DNA of 64,000 nucleotides, taken from assembly GCF_009914755.1 (NCBI RefSeq), contig NC_060930.1, one strand, 5' to 3'. This DNA comes from the human T2T-CHM13v2.0 reference genome, Homo sapiens. Numbering within the stretch: position 1 is the first letter of the stretch; each line of letters opens with the position of its first letter. The translations under genes were made by a program, and so were the position numbers. Shown here piece by piece: positions 1-17,007 of the stretch. The notes under the pieces are model-generated. The model saw nothing but the letters and a program-made list of their open reading frames with translations, did no database searches and was not told the origin of the DNA.

Positions 1-4117
<4,117 letters not shown>

Positions 4118-4500
4118 TGACAGTCTTTACTGACCACAGGTCAGGAACCCTATACAGGGACTGCATAGACAAGAGTATGTGGTCAGATTCCCCATTAGGC
4201 TTCTATCAGCTCTGCAAGTTGAGCTTGACTCCCCAAAGGGAAGCATACTCTTCCAGTAAAGCCTTGGCAAAACAACCACTTTCTCCAATTGTGTTCTGCT
4301 GCAAAAGAAAAATGGATTCCTATTACACTGATGCAAACAACTATATTGTCATAAAAATACTCACAGAGAGTTTCCAAACTCTAGAGGAACCAGGCAAAGA
4401 GAAACAAACATACTCCAAATCTTGGTCATAGGAACACACCTTGCTTATTTATTAAAGGCCGTAAATAGCTTAAAATAAGTTTCCTTGACTGGCTTCTCAA
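4118..4500 (-). mobile_element. ERV1 (MER4-group/MER61-int-like) internal fragment
   Basis: Resembles MER4-group internal sequence (AAAGCCTTGG...TTTCTCCAATTGTG...AAGTTTCCTTGACT) and abuts a PBS and LTR. Confidence 0.65.
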
Positions 4501-4518
4501 GCCCCATGTTGGGTGCCA
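4501..4518 (-). other. Retroviral primer-binding site, tRNA-Lys1,2 type
   Basis: Minus strand TGGCACCCAACATGGGGC equals TGGCGCCCAACGTGGGGC with two CpG-decay changes. It lies 4 nt from the LTR end. Confidence 0.8.
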
Positions 4519-4522
4519 AAAA

Positions 4523-4851
4523 TGTTGTGGGACTATTCCCCACTTCAGTTAAAGATGGGGTCCTTGTCTGTCCTATGGCCATGAAAATTTAGGCTTGCAG
4601 ATGGTTTGAAGGGTGAGTAAAGCAGGGTTTTATTGGGTGAAAGGGAAGAAAAGGAGGAAACAGGGACTCTCACAAGGCCAGAGTCCCTGCTAGAACACTT
4701 CCTGACTGCAGCTTGAATCCCAGGTTCCACCCAGGAAAAGGAGGGCCCAGGATCCTCCTTGCTCCAAAGGGTGAGAACTTCCTGAGGCTCCACCTCAGTG
4801 GGCAGGCTGGTTGGAGCTTCTCCAGGGATGCCCTCCCTGCTGGCTGTCTCA
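4523..4851 (-). mobile_element. ERV1 5' LTR, MER61-like
   Basis: TG...CA termini. The minus strand begins TGAGACAGCCAG...CTCCAACCAGCCTGC, has an AATAAA, and is followed by the PBS. Confidence 0.75.
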
Positions 4852-5376
4852 GTAGTTTCACACAATTAGCGAAAGGAAACTGTTGAAATAGCTCCATAAG
4901 ATAGGGGCTAGTAAGACTCTGAAAAACCACGGTGTGGACCAAGCTGACTAAGACTGACTGAACCCAACATGGTGCTGGGTTTCTCCTAGGACCTTATTAT
5001 GCACTAATTAACATATTAAATCACATACTTACTAGTGCCATGACAGTTCCAGGAATACCAATATTTGGTGTAAACATGCGTGGCACCACAGTTCTGGGAA
5101 ATCTTCCCCTTTTCCAGAAATCTTAATGAGTATTACACCCCTTGGTTAAAGAAACCCATAAAGATAGAAACCTCAAATCTCATGGCAGGACTTTCTCTTG
5201 AGGATGACCACACTGTTTTTGCTTGCATGTGTACTTTTCACTTTGTAACAAATCCTCATACTTTCAGTATTTCCAAACTTGTCCTTGAATTCCTTCTCTC
5301 AGATGGTGTCAAGAACCTGGACACCAGCTGTGGTCAAGGTCCTACCAGCATTTGAGGATCTCCTCTGGCAGTATCA
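4852..5376 (+). mobile_element. ERV1 LTR, MER66-like, 5'-interrupted
   Basis: Motifs CCCAACATGG...GCCATGACAGTTCC...CCCCTTGGTTAAAGAAACCCATAAAG; ends ...GTATCA. Confidence 0.6.
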
Positions 5377-7330
5377 ATTTCTTTCTTCATTCTGTCTTCT
5401 TCCCAACATGCTCAGAAGTAGGAAGCCTAGAGTCGGGAAGATGATGTGGTCATGCTATCATTCAATCATTAGTAAAAACAATTCAGAAATGTTTCCTTTT
5501 AAATGTGACTTGACTGAGGAGGGAGAGATGTAGCCAGAGAATCAAGCATTTATACTGACTATTGGCAAATATGCCTTACCTCACATTTCAAAATGCCCAC
5601 CCAACACTAAATATTCCTCACGGACTGCACTGCTTTCCAACAGTTTGTTAACGTGAGATGGAACTAAAGAACAAAAGGTATTTCTATTCATGAAGGTGGA
5701 TACTTGCTCAGTAAACACCATAAAAATGTAATTGTACTGTTTTCATCAATCTGAGAGATATTTATTCAATGATTTTGTAGATTAATTCCCTAGTAGGATG
5801 AATAAAACATTTTTTCCAAGATTTATTTATTTGGTAAGTTTTTAAAAACACCTTGTAGCAACAAACTTTCTATGTTGGCAAAACTGAAGAAAAACAGAGC
5901 TTGTAAAAGCAAACTCATTAGTTAGGAGTTATACCGAGATGAAGCTGACTTTTGCTTCGCTACCTACATGATTTTGGACAAGTCCTTTGACATTTAAATT
6001 CAGGTTTTTAATCTATAAATTGGTATTATATTTATCCCCCTTAACATTGTGCTAAGCACTAGCATATACCAGCCTCACATCAATGATAATCAGTAGGAAT
6101 AGAGGGAAGAGAACAGGATCATAGCAGTAGCATAATGATGTTTTAAAAAATCAATCCCAGTTTCAATTTTATTTCATTAAAAATTTTTCTATAAGTATAT
6201 ATAAAAGCTACAGGCTCAGAAGATCCAACTCCTATTAAAAAGCAAGGCTTGCTGCTGAGAGGAGAGATTGGGGGCAGGTTTAGGATGAGATAGCAAAGTA
6301 AAAGGGAAATAGACAAAAAAAAAATCAGTGGTTTGTTAGTCTATTTTGCATAAATTACCATGTAGTCAATTCAAAGTTTCTTAATTTCAAAAGCATAAAA
6401 TGCATTTATTCATCCATTCCTGAGTCAAAATTCAAGCCACAACCTGAAGAGATAAATAACATCTGATCACATATCAACGAAGGGGACACATTTCTGAGAA
6501 TGGAGTTGAAGCTTAGGGCATTGTGTTTGAAGGCTTTTATTTGATGTGCCTTGCAAGCCTGAGTCTTTCACATAAGGATCCTTAAGACCATAGTGCAAGT
6601 CTCACAATTATCAAGCCTGACTGTGCTGCATGGGTTGGAAGGTCACAGTTAGGGACAACAACCCCACAGAGTGCCCAGTAGATTTCCTAATGACTTGCTG
6701 GTGTAAACAGTGGTGGATAATGGTGATTCCTCTTTCAACTTTGATTCTTTTTTTAATTAAGAGAAAATAGCATTTGAATAAAACATTTCAGTATTGTGCA
6801 ATCTAATTTGTCCATAATAGTCCCTGTGTTTAAAGCCATTGCCAAGTGACTAGTTATCTAGAAAACAACTCTACTCCAGACTCCAAAATACCCCTTAGGT
6901 AAAAATGAACCAAGATGGATTTTCTACTGCTTCGTGAATACATTGTCATACATAAAACCAGAAATTTAATTTGGTGAGAAAACAATAGGTGCTTAGCAAA
7001 CTTTCAGAAGCTTAATATCTAGGACCTATGGCCAACCACCAGACCTTGTCACTTAACCATGAGAGAGGTTTTGAAGTGAAAGAAACCATCATGACCCCTC
7101 CTCTAGCTAAGATTTCTGGTGACTCTCTCATTCCCACTGGACACTGAGACCAATGTCCTCCCTATAGCGATGTCCTTTCCTTTCGGCTCTTGCTCTTTGA
7201 CTCTGACTTAAAGCTATAAAGATGATAAGGTATGTATACTTTTTGTTTCTACATAATATTCTTTATGCTTAAGTAGTCTAAAGTATAGTTCAAAGTAGTA
7301 GGAGAAGAGAAGAGACAGAAAATGAATATT

Positions 7331-7423
7331 TTGTTTTGTTTTTCTTTTTTTCTTTCTTTTTCTTTTTTTTTTTTTTTTTTGAGACAGAGGTTCACTCTGT
7401 CACCTAGGCTGGAGTGCAGTAGG
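7331..7423 (-). mobile_element. Alu 3' fragment with poly(T) tail
   Basis: T-rich tail then GAGACAGAGG...CTCTGTCACCTAGGCTGGAGTGCAGT. Confidence 0.85.
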
Positions 7424-7429
7424 AGGCAG

Positions 7430-8020
7430 CTTTTATGGGCACAGCTTTGGAGTCAAACTCTGAGGGTTTGAATGCTGACCTTGAAGTTTACTAGTTTTGC
7501 ATTGGAGAAATTACTTAGTCTCTCTACATCTCATTTTCTTCATATGTAAAATAGACCTAAATAAAGTTGAAAGAAATGAGATTGTTTAGGTTAATCATTT
7601 TACATAGTGTTTGACATGATATGTACCCAATAAATATTAGTTCTCACAGCATTGTCATTATAGAAATATGCAGTGTGGAGCAAAAAAACAGTAAATTATT
7701 GAGTGTAAAATCTAAAAGAAACTTGAAATATTTATTTAGGAGAATTCGGAGTGGAAAATTTGTAGCTACAGGAAAATAAAAACAAACATGCGCCTATTAA
7801 AAATATATTATTTCCCAAACATTGTGTTAATCACTTACATGATATCTTATTTCATTCTCAAAACAACCCTGCATACTACATGTTGCAAGTATTGTTACTC
7901 CACAGGAAAGAAAACAAACCTAAAAGGCTTCATGTTAGTTTCACAAGACTACCCAGTTTATTGGAAGCAAAAAGGAGATTCTAATACACATTGATCCAAC
8001 TTGCAAGTCATGTGTTTTCA
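7430..8020. mobile_element. Two MIR relics (+ at ~7430-7645; - at ~7790-8020)
   Basis: Diverged MIR core, e.g. GCTTTGGAGTCAAAC...CTCATTTTCTTCATATGTAAAAT, and an antisense counterpart. Confidence 0.6.
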
Positions 8021-8569
8021 TCGAACTAGGGTTGGCCCCACAATATATTCAGTGAACACTTTCCCCCACAAATTGTGTCAGCTCAGATGAATCAACATAC
8101 CTAGGGTGAAGACAGATTGGCTTAAGTTATTATGAAGTACTTAAAGTACTTAATAACACTGTACTGTTACTGTACAGTAATTTCAACAACAACAAAAAAT
8201 ACACAACAATTAACAACTCTAACCATAAGGGTTTGGGGTAAAGAGTTTGTTCATTTTAATTATTATTAGACCCATCAGTTGTCTTATTTAATCACTTTGA
8301 CCTTTATTACTTAGAAAAATACTCTGTGAAAAATAATGTAAAAGGAACATTAAGGAAGCAAATTTTTTCTCCCAAGGAGGAAATTTTATAGGTGTCAATA
8401 GATTGAGTGATGTGCCTTAGGCACATGAAAACCAGGCTTTCCAGATGCAGCTCTGAGGTTAATGTTTCACTGTTGTATAGCAACTTTCCATCCGAGGGTT
8501 CCTAAGAGCTTTATAACTTTACAAACAATCTAATGTCTTTGAAGTCAATACTCTTCCTTTCCTAAATGA

Positions 8570-10300
8570 ACATAAATTCTTCTCGAATTCACCAGGGAAA
8601 AAAAGCACAATGACTGCTCCATTGCTTCATCAGTGTTAGCTGTGCCTGACACTGGACTCCAGCTGCACTTTTTTATATAACTGTCATAGCTCTTATCACA
8701 TTATGGCAAAATTATTAATTTATACATCTGTCTCCCCAAATAGCCAGCAGGCAACTTGATGGCAAAGACTGTGTCTTATTCACCTTGGTACAGTTTCAGT
8801 TCAACAACCATTTAATGAGCACGTACTCTGTGCCAGGATTCAAGCTAGATGGTGTCAGGTTATAAAGACAAATGAAACACAGCACAGGCCCTTGAGGATG
8901 CCGTGGACAAGTGGAGGAGACAGGTACATTAATTGTTCATTTCAGCAGAGTGTGGAAGAAACTACAATGGATATTTAAAGCCCTGCATAGACTTTCTTCT
9001 GCCTCTAATACTCTACCCCCATCTTCTAATACTCTCCCCATTGCTTACTGGACTGTAGGTACATTGGTTTTCTTGCTGTTTTTTTGAACATAACCAGCAT
9101 GTCATCACATCAAAATATTTGAACTTTCCTTTATGGAATAGTGTTCTCCTACATATTCACGTGGCTTACCCCTGCACATCTTTGAGTGTTTTTAATTCTG
9201 CCAAAACATTACCTTCTCAAAAAGGCCTTCCTAGATGACCTTTCTAAAATATTGGCCACCATCCTTGTCTATACCTTTGTCTCATTTTATTTTCCTCAAA
9301 GCACTTAGCTACATGACATTATATTATGCATCTATTTTTCCATTTGCCTGTCTCTTTCAAAAGAACTGAGCTCCTCAAAAACCTTGGCCATCTTGTTCAT
9401 GTTATTTCCACTCTCAAGCATCTTCTTTGCATTGTACAAGATTGAGGAGAAGCAATGCATCAGTAAGTGAAGTAAACATTTTGCAGGTTTAGTGCTAAAA
9501 GGAAAAAAATAATTGGGATGCTTTTCAAGGAGGAACTAAAGTTGAAGGAGGGCTTCTTTTTAAAGTAGGAGAGATTTGAGAATGTTTATGGATTGAAGGG
9601 AAGCTTGCATGATGGAAGATGATACAGAATGGTAAGGACTTTTTGTCTTGTTCTACCTGTGATTGGAAGCCTTGAGAAGATATTAAGCAAAGGAGTAAGA
9701 TCACTTGACTTAATATTTTAGAAGAATCCCTTTGACTGCAAAATTAAGAAAAGACTTAAAAAGGCCAGTTGAAGCAGAGACCCAGATGCAGTGGTTTAGG
9801 CAAGAAATGAAAGTGATTAAATTAGGGAGGAAGAGCCAAAGGGGATGAAAGTGTTTAGGATACATTAATATATTCAGGATTCAGAATATATTAATATAAA
9901 GCTTTAGAATTTGCTGGAGTTTTAATATGGCATATGAGATAAAGAAATAAAGGATCAATCCAAAGTTTTTACTCTGAACAACTAGATGAACTGTGCAATG
10001 AGGAAGCCAAGAAACTGAGAGAGTAGGCTGTATAGGAAGGATCATCTACATGAATTTTGCAATAGATAAGAATGATGACAAGAGTAGTGGAGGAGAGGAC
10101 AATGAATGATTTTAACTAGAAGCAGCAGCTAAAGGGATTGTGTGGAGTACCTCTCCTGTTCAGAAACCTTCTGTGTCTTCTTATTTGTATTGTTTCTTAA
10201 GGGCAAGGACCATGTCTTATTGCATCTAAGGTTGGAATGCCCTATACAACCTGGGAGCTCTGTAAATATTTGTGAAACAATGAATGAGTGGGATAAATGA
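8570..10300. mobile_element. Cluster of diverged L2 fragments in both orientations
   Basis: L2 3'-end motifs, e.g. GGCAAAGACTGTGTCTTATTCACC, TTCAACAACCATTTAATGAGCAC, AAATATTTGTGAAACAATGAATGA. Confidence 0.55.
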
Positions 10301-10981
10301 ATGATACACATGGCTCTTCAAGATTTCTCCACTCATCTCCCACAATCACATCACCTATTTTCCAGCACCACCATAATGCTTCATATTTCTGCATCTACCC
10401 TGCATTTCTCCACTTTCATGTTTGCTGAGAGAGCTTATAAGGCTCTCTCAGCACAGATGATTTTCTTATGTTTCATCACTCATGTGCCTCTTGAAAAATC
10501 TCCTCATGTTTCAAGACTCAGCTCCCACCCCATGTCCTCCAAGAGCAGTGTCACTGAATCTCAACTCCACCCATGTGGCAAGGTCATTCTGCCTCCTGCT
10601 CTGTGATCCATTAGCATCTAAAATTGCACTTCTCAGGCCTTCCTTGAATTGGAGTTTACATTTATTTGCCTTCTCCTCTAGACTATCCAATCCAGAGCAG
10701 TAGAATTTTTTTCTTCTTTTTTACTTTTGCCTTCCTAGTCAGAAAATTTTCAAAATTCTGTGCAGCTGCACCACAAATAATAATTGTATTCTATTCAATT
10801 AAAATGAATTTGCAACAGGCAGGGAAAGATCTCTTTTAGCTAAACACAATTAGTATACTATCTATACTTTCAAATTATTTTGTTTAGGGAACAAATCTGA
10901 AATCATGAGTTATTTTTTAATGAATATTCTGTATTTGGGGAATGAAAAAGCCCCGCTCAGTTTTAAATGATGGTAAATCTC

Positions 10982-11342
10982 TGTAATGAACTGAATACGT
11001 GTATCTCCCCAAAATTTGTATACTGAAATTCTAACCCCCCAGTGTGATGGTATTAGGAGGTGGAGCTTTTGGGAGGTGGTTAGGTCATGAGGATGAAGCC
11101 CTCATGAGTGGGATTAGTGCCTTCTTAAGAGGCCCCAGGGAGAGCTCTAGTGCATTTTCTGCCATGTGAGAGTACAACAAAAAAGATGGCAGTCTGCAAC
11201 CCAGAAGAGGACCTCACTAGAACCCAACCATACTGGCATCCTGATCTCAGACTTCCAGCCTCCAGAACTGTAAAAAATAGATGCCTGTTGTTTACAAGCC
11301 ACCCAGCTATGGTAATTTGTTATAGCAGTATGAACTAAGAGA
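10982..11342 (+). mobile_element. MLT1A0-like MaLR solo LTR
   Basis: Typical MLT1A sequence with a 5-bp TSD ATCTC (10977-10981 and 11343-11347). Confidence 0.88.
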
Positions 11343-11349
11343 ATCTCCT

Positions 11350-11812
11350 AAATCTGCATGCCTGTCTTGCAGCCTCATTCTCCATCATTCCCCCAAGTGC
11401 TCCTGACTTCCACCATGTTCCATTACTTGTTATTTCTTGCACATAATCTGTCACAATTCTCTGTGAAAGCTCTTTCCTCTAACTGAAATGTTCTTCCCCA
11501 CTTTTTACTCTTGGGAACCCCTGACTCAAAGCTTTTCAGATTTAACTCAAATGACCCTTCTACTATGAGACCTTCTCTGTCCTACTGGAGAAGTTGGGCA
11601 CAGAATATCCTCTGTTTCTCCAATACCTTCCATATAACTCCCTTAGGATACCTGTCTTAAGCCAGTGCTCACCTGTCTTGACTTCCTTCCCAAACTATCA
11701 CTGTGAATCCTTCTAGGACAGTATTTGTGTCCAATTATTTTTGTATCACCAGGACTTAATATTGGCTAGGTAAAAGTAGGTACTCAATGAATAATTGCTG
11801 AGGTGAATGAAC
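11350..11812 (+). mobile_element. L2 3' fragment
   Basis: Ends GTAGGTACTCAATGAATAATTGCTGAGGTGAATGAA, like an L2 tail. Confidence 0.55.
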
Positions 11813-12884
11813 CTTAAAACCTCCAGTTCGCAGCCTCATGGTGCTACAAGGCAATTTTGTCTTAGTTTTTTATAACCTCTTGTATCAAAGATAAACGCTG
11901 ATTAATTGTTGTATCTGGAGCCAAAGGCACATAGATACCTCCTACAAGCTTCAGGCAGCCCAAGTTATAGTGAGCTACCTTTGTTCCCCCAGCAATTATG
12001 GTTGCCTTTTTTTTTTCTTAATCCCTCTGGCCCTTTCAGTTCTGATTGTGTTATCCAGCTGTGCAATGAGCCTGAATAATATACTGTCAGCAGTCACTTT
12101 TTAAGTTTCTTTATCCACAGGTCTGGGATGTATTTTTTTCAGGGGGTGGTGCAGGATGGGGAATGAAGAGTGTTTTCTAGTAAAGTGTATAAAGGAGTTT
12201 TATAGGTACACATTTCTGTTCTTACATAAAAATATGCATGCATCCTGGTAGTAATTATCAAAGTACTTCTGACTTAATTATAATTAAAACATAAGAACTT
12301 CCCAACTTTGAATATAATAGACCCTGCGAGCCTGATTTTGCCCTGACTCTGTAGTTTCACACTTAAAGCCACCTACTTTCTCCAAGTCTGTTTATTCCAT
12401 TAAGAAAATGGCTTTCTAAGATTAGAAAATCAACACAAGATTTTGGAAGACAGAGAAGGGAATCATGACTTGGGCTCTTCAATGCCAAAGTCTCCTGTCT
12501 CATCTCAACATACATCCATAGAATGAAATTAAAAGACTGGTTATTAAGTGCTTGTAATACAATCAATTCTGCTCTAAAGTTTCTGGTCCGAAGGAGAACA
12601 CATGCAATACAATGTTTTTTTCTCTGTTAAGGAAAAGCTTCCCTTATTTATTAATATTTTATTAAAAAGCCCAAGACAGGATGTCTCATCCACAGGAAAG
12701 AGAAATTTAGACAGAACATTCAAGCTCAAAGACAGGTCTGCTAGTTATTTACCACACAAGCGTGAACAAAGAGAAATGCCAGCAAATAATAAGCAATACT
12801 AAAATTCAATTAGCCTTGGAGTCTGTTAAGTTCCTTTCTCAATTAAGCCCTCTACCTGTGCCTAGTATTCAAACATTTGTAAAG

Positions 12885-12918
12885 TGAATGAATGAATGAA
12901 TGAATGAATGAATGAATG
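12885..12918 (+). repeat. (TGAA)n microsatellite, probably L2-tail derived
   Basis: About 8 perfect TGAA units. Confidence 0.9.
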
Positions 12919-14234
12919 TATAAGCAGTTCCTGTGTCTGCCAAAGGCAGTTCTGATCAGCCCCACAGCCCTAGGTATTAACAGCCTGTAGGAGAATTTAT
13001 ATTTATTAAGCTATTTAAACACACATTACTAGAAGTAATTTATTATTATCTTTACCTTTTAGGGGAGAAATCCAAGGTTAAGAAATATGTTCAGGATTAT
13101 ACGCTGCCTAATAAATTCAAAATTGGGATTAAACCCAGTTCTGACTGTTTTCAAAGGTCATGCTACTATAATTCTACCAAGATACTTCTATGATTTCCCA
13201 GTAGCTAAGCATGATTTGATGCTGTTCCTGGTGCATTATTTTCTCTAATGATTCAAGATTCCAAGCAGAACTTTGGGCATTTTATGTATGCTACAAGACG
13301 TAAAGCCTAAGTATCTGGGGAAGAGAATGTAGAGCTGCTATTAAAGAGGACTTCCAGGCAGATGAATTAAACCAGTTCTTTAAAATGGGTATAATTGATT
13401 TTGTGCTGCAATACAGTTGGACATGATTTACAAGTAGGTGACTTTAATGACCATAAATAATTAATACTTTCACGTACAGTCCCACAAAATATTTCAGTAG
13501 TTAGCTGTTGGGGGGAAAGTAGGAAATTCAATGGGCAGAAAGCTTTGAAGCTAATAGATTCAGTTGCCTAATCCCAACAGTTCTCTATTTAAGTGTCACC
13601 TCCTAGCCAGGTTACAGCTATGGAGATGCACAAACTATTAGGGCTTCTTTCCCCTGTCTGTCCCCAGAGCTCATACATGCAGAATGCTGAGTGGTCAGAC
13701 CCAAATTGTTTGCCCCCTATTGGCTGAAATTGTAACATGTAGAAATTAATTTTGTTTAATAAGTATCCCTCATAAGGTAGGAGATATCACCTAGTTAAAA
13801 CTTAGAAAAGATTCATTCAAGCAGCTCCATCTGAACACCTTGTTGGGATGCATACACTGTAAATGTGGTAGTTCTAATGGATGAAGAAGAATGTATGAAA
13901 TTTAGGGAGAGAAGGGCAGAGCAAGAGGATGTGACACAAGGGAAGTAGCTAGAGGGCAATGAGAAGTTGAGGGGCTCTAGGTTTCTTCTCCAACCCTGGC
14001 AATGGCATCAGTCTTGCATATGCATTAATGCTAAAGTAGGAGAATTAATTCAGTATAAAAATAACTATAATGGCATTGTTTAGGTGAGAATATATGTATA
14101 TTGGGTTTGAGCCAAGTAACTAGTATGCTGCCCAGATAATAGACCCTTCAGTCTCACTCTCAAGGGCAGCAGTTGGGGGAAGGAGTTGTTTCTAGGGCAG
14201 CTGGAGCGCTGATGTGATGGGCATTGGAATACAC

Positions 14235-14450
14235 TGAGCTAGAGCATGGGCTTTGCAGTCAGGAAAATATGGCTCTGCTAGTTTAAATGCTATGTAATCT
14301 CAGTTAGGCAAGTTAGCATCTCTAAATATTTCAATTCCCTTCCTGTGGGAAAAAAAATGAATACTTTCATTGTGTCATACCCATTAAATAGCGTTAGATC
14401 TGTGAAAGGCTTAGCAGAGTTTCAGACTCATAGCAGGTGCCTAAGGAGAG
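14235..14450 (+). mobile_element. MIR
   Basis: AGAGCATGGGCTTTGCAGTCAGG...GGCAAGTTAGCATCTCT... Confidence 0.6.
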
Positions 14451-14821
14451 AGAATTAGCTAATTAAAAGTATTATAAGCATATTACAATTATAATACACT
14501 AATGAAGTATAAAAGTAATCTAGTCGTTCATATATTCTTTGACTTTTTGCCACGTAAAACTATAAGACAGATCTGAGAATTGCCCTGAGAGATAACTCAG
14601 CATGCTGTGAAAATGAAACAAATTGGTATAGGTTGATAATCTCCCTGAAAAAAAGGATTCCCAAGCACCATAGGTGAGAAGGGCAGTGTAAATGTCAGTC
14701 ATGCTTCTAGAGCAGTGGGTCCCAGAAGGATTAGGATGTTACTGTCTCTTCCCTCAATATTACTAAACAACATCCAAAACGTCTACCAAAGCAGGGAGTC
14801 TGTGAATGCTCCTACCAATGA

Positions 14822-15003
14822 CCATGTTAAAAGTCTTGCCAGCAGCTCTCCTGAGGACCTAAGTTTCACCCAAGTCATTGGGAGTTAATTATATGGGTGT
14901 AAAAGGTTAAAGGCCATCTTAAAATTCTTGCTAGCAGCTCTCCTGGGGACCTAAGTTTCACCCAAGTCACTGGGAGTTAATTACATGGGTGTAAAAGGTG
15001 AAA
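14822..15003. repeat. 92-bp tandem duplication (2 copies)
   Basis: Units start at 14822 and 14914 and differ at only a few positions. Confidence 0.92.
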
Positions 15004-15976
15004 AGTAGTTTATCTTTAAATTATATTTTGCTCAGTGCAACAATCTCATTAAAGGTTGAAAATGTGGTTGTCATCAAAATACAATGTATATGTGTCATAA
15101 TCATTGTTTCTGTAACAGAAACTCAACTCTGCAAAGTGTCCTTTCCCTTGTTCTAATTTTAATATCAAAAAATATAATTTTGATTGGTTTTCTTTAACAG
15201 ATATTAAAAACAATTCTTCAAGCTCTGGTCATTAGCAACCTAAGAAAGTTGATAGTAGCTGTCAATATTCCTCCAATGTGTTTTATCCTCAAACCCTATT
15301 ACATACTGTGGTTGTGAGGGAAGAAATGTGATTTTACCCAATTATAGAGGCACTGCCAGGAAAATGGAAAAGTTGAGCTAGATCTCTACAAAGATCAATA
15401 ATAAAATCTTAACTTCAAAATTGCCTAAGAAGACACTTCTTGGTCATTGTAAGGACAGGAAAATTTATACAACTATGAAAAATAGCATCAAGAACTCATA
15501 AGTATCCTCCCTATTTTGTATATTTAATTTCATCCTAGAGGAAAGTCCCACTGTGATCTACTGTTATTAAAGTTATTTTCTTTCTAGAATTTGCTAGTAA
15601 CTATTTCACATCTAGTGAAAACAGGATTCTTCTATGCCAGATTTGTGTAAAAACTCTCTGAAAAGCTCAGCATAAAGTAAGGCATTCACCAGCAACATTT
15701 CTGGAGTGCTTGCTCCTCCATGAGGTTTTGTAACAGACCGCCTAGAATTCATAAATTTAGTGCTAAAGAATATCTTTACTGGGTTGCTCTCTATCAAGTC
15801 AAAATGCAAAGTGCTACGTTTGCTTCTATAGGAAGTATATTTGGTAAAAAATATGACACATTATTTGAAAGATCCTAATGTGTTAGTCAAAATCTTTTTA
15901 TGACAGCAAGGATTTTAATTAGCCATACATTGGTAATTTCAGTTAGTCATACATTTTGTAAATAAAAACGGAAGTG

Positions 15977-17007
15977 AGGATGGCCAAATAGGAACAGCTC
16001 CAGTCTATGGCTCCCAGTGTGAGTGACACAGAAGGCAAATGATTTCTACATTTCCAACAGAGGTACCAGGTTCATCTCACTGGGGATTGTCCGACAGTGG
16101 GTGCAGGACAGTGGGTGCAGTGCACCGAGCATGAGCTGAAGCAGGGCTGTGAGCTGAAGCAGGCAAGGAATCGCCTCACCTGGGAAGTGCAAGGGGTCAG
16201 GGAATACGCTTTCCTAGCCAAGGAAAGGGGTGACAGACAGCACCTGGAAAATTGGGTCACTCCCACCCTAATACTGCACTTTTCTCATGGTCTTAGCAAA
16301 CGGTATGCCAGGAGATTATATCCCACGCCTGGCTCGGAGGGTCCTACGCCCAGGGATCCTCACTCATTGCAAGCACAGCAGTCTGAGATCAAACTGCAAG
16401 GTGGCAGCGAGGGTGGGGGTGGGGCGCCGACCATTGCTGAGGCTTCAGTAGGTCAACAAAGCAGCCTGGAAACTCGAAATGGGTGGAGCCCACGCAGCTC
16501 AAGGAGATCTGCCTGCCTCTGTAGACTCCACCTCTGGGGGCAGGGCATAGCCAAACAAATGGCAGCAGAAACCTCAGCAGACTTAAATGTCCCTGTCTGA
16601 CAGCTTGGAAGACAGTAGAGGTTCTCCCAGCACGCAGCTTGAGATCTGAGGACAGACAGACTGCCTCCTCAAGTGGGTCCCTGACTCCCGAGTAGCCTCC
16701 CTGGGAGGCATCCCCCAGTAGGGGCAGACTGACACCTCACACGGCCGGGTACTCCTCTGAGACAAAACTTCCAGGGGAATGATCAGGCAGCAACATTTGC
16801 TGTTCGCCAATATTCACTGTTCTGCAGCCTCCACTGCTGATACCCAGGCAAACAGGGTCTGGAGGGGACGTCCAGCAAACTCCAACAGACCTGCAGCTGA
16901 GGGTCTGACTGTTAGAAGGAAAACTAACAAACAGAAAGGACATCCACACCAAAACCACATCTGTACATCACCATCATCAAAGACCAAAGGTAGATAAAAC
17001 CACAAAG
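15977..17007 (+). promoter_or_regulatory. L1 5'UTR (internal sense/antisense promoter), CpG-decayed, retaining the ~129-bp ZNF93-target segment
   Basis: Homologous to the L1 5'UTR. Segment 16756-16883, between two ACTCC repeats, is the block lost in later L1PA3/PA2/HS. Confidence 0.75.

Noticed and set aside
4523-4851. p53 response element, known in some MER61 LTRs
   Set aside because: I could not see a paired RRRCWWGYYY in this copy.
9864-9895. 12-bp-stem hairpin (also small palindromes at 8167-8180, ~36838-36858, ~50194-50217)
   Set aside because: Short and mostly AT-rich or inside old repeats; too small for miRNA/MITE calls and plausible by chance.
16360-16434. ORF0 in L1-B
   Set aside because: TGA after 24 codons.
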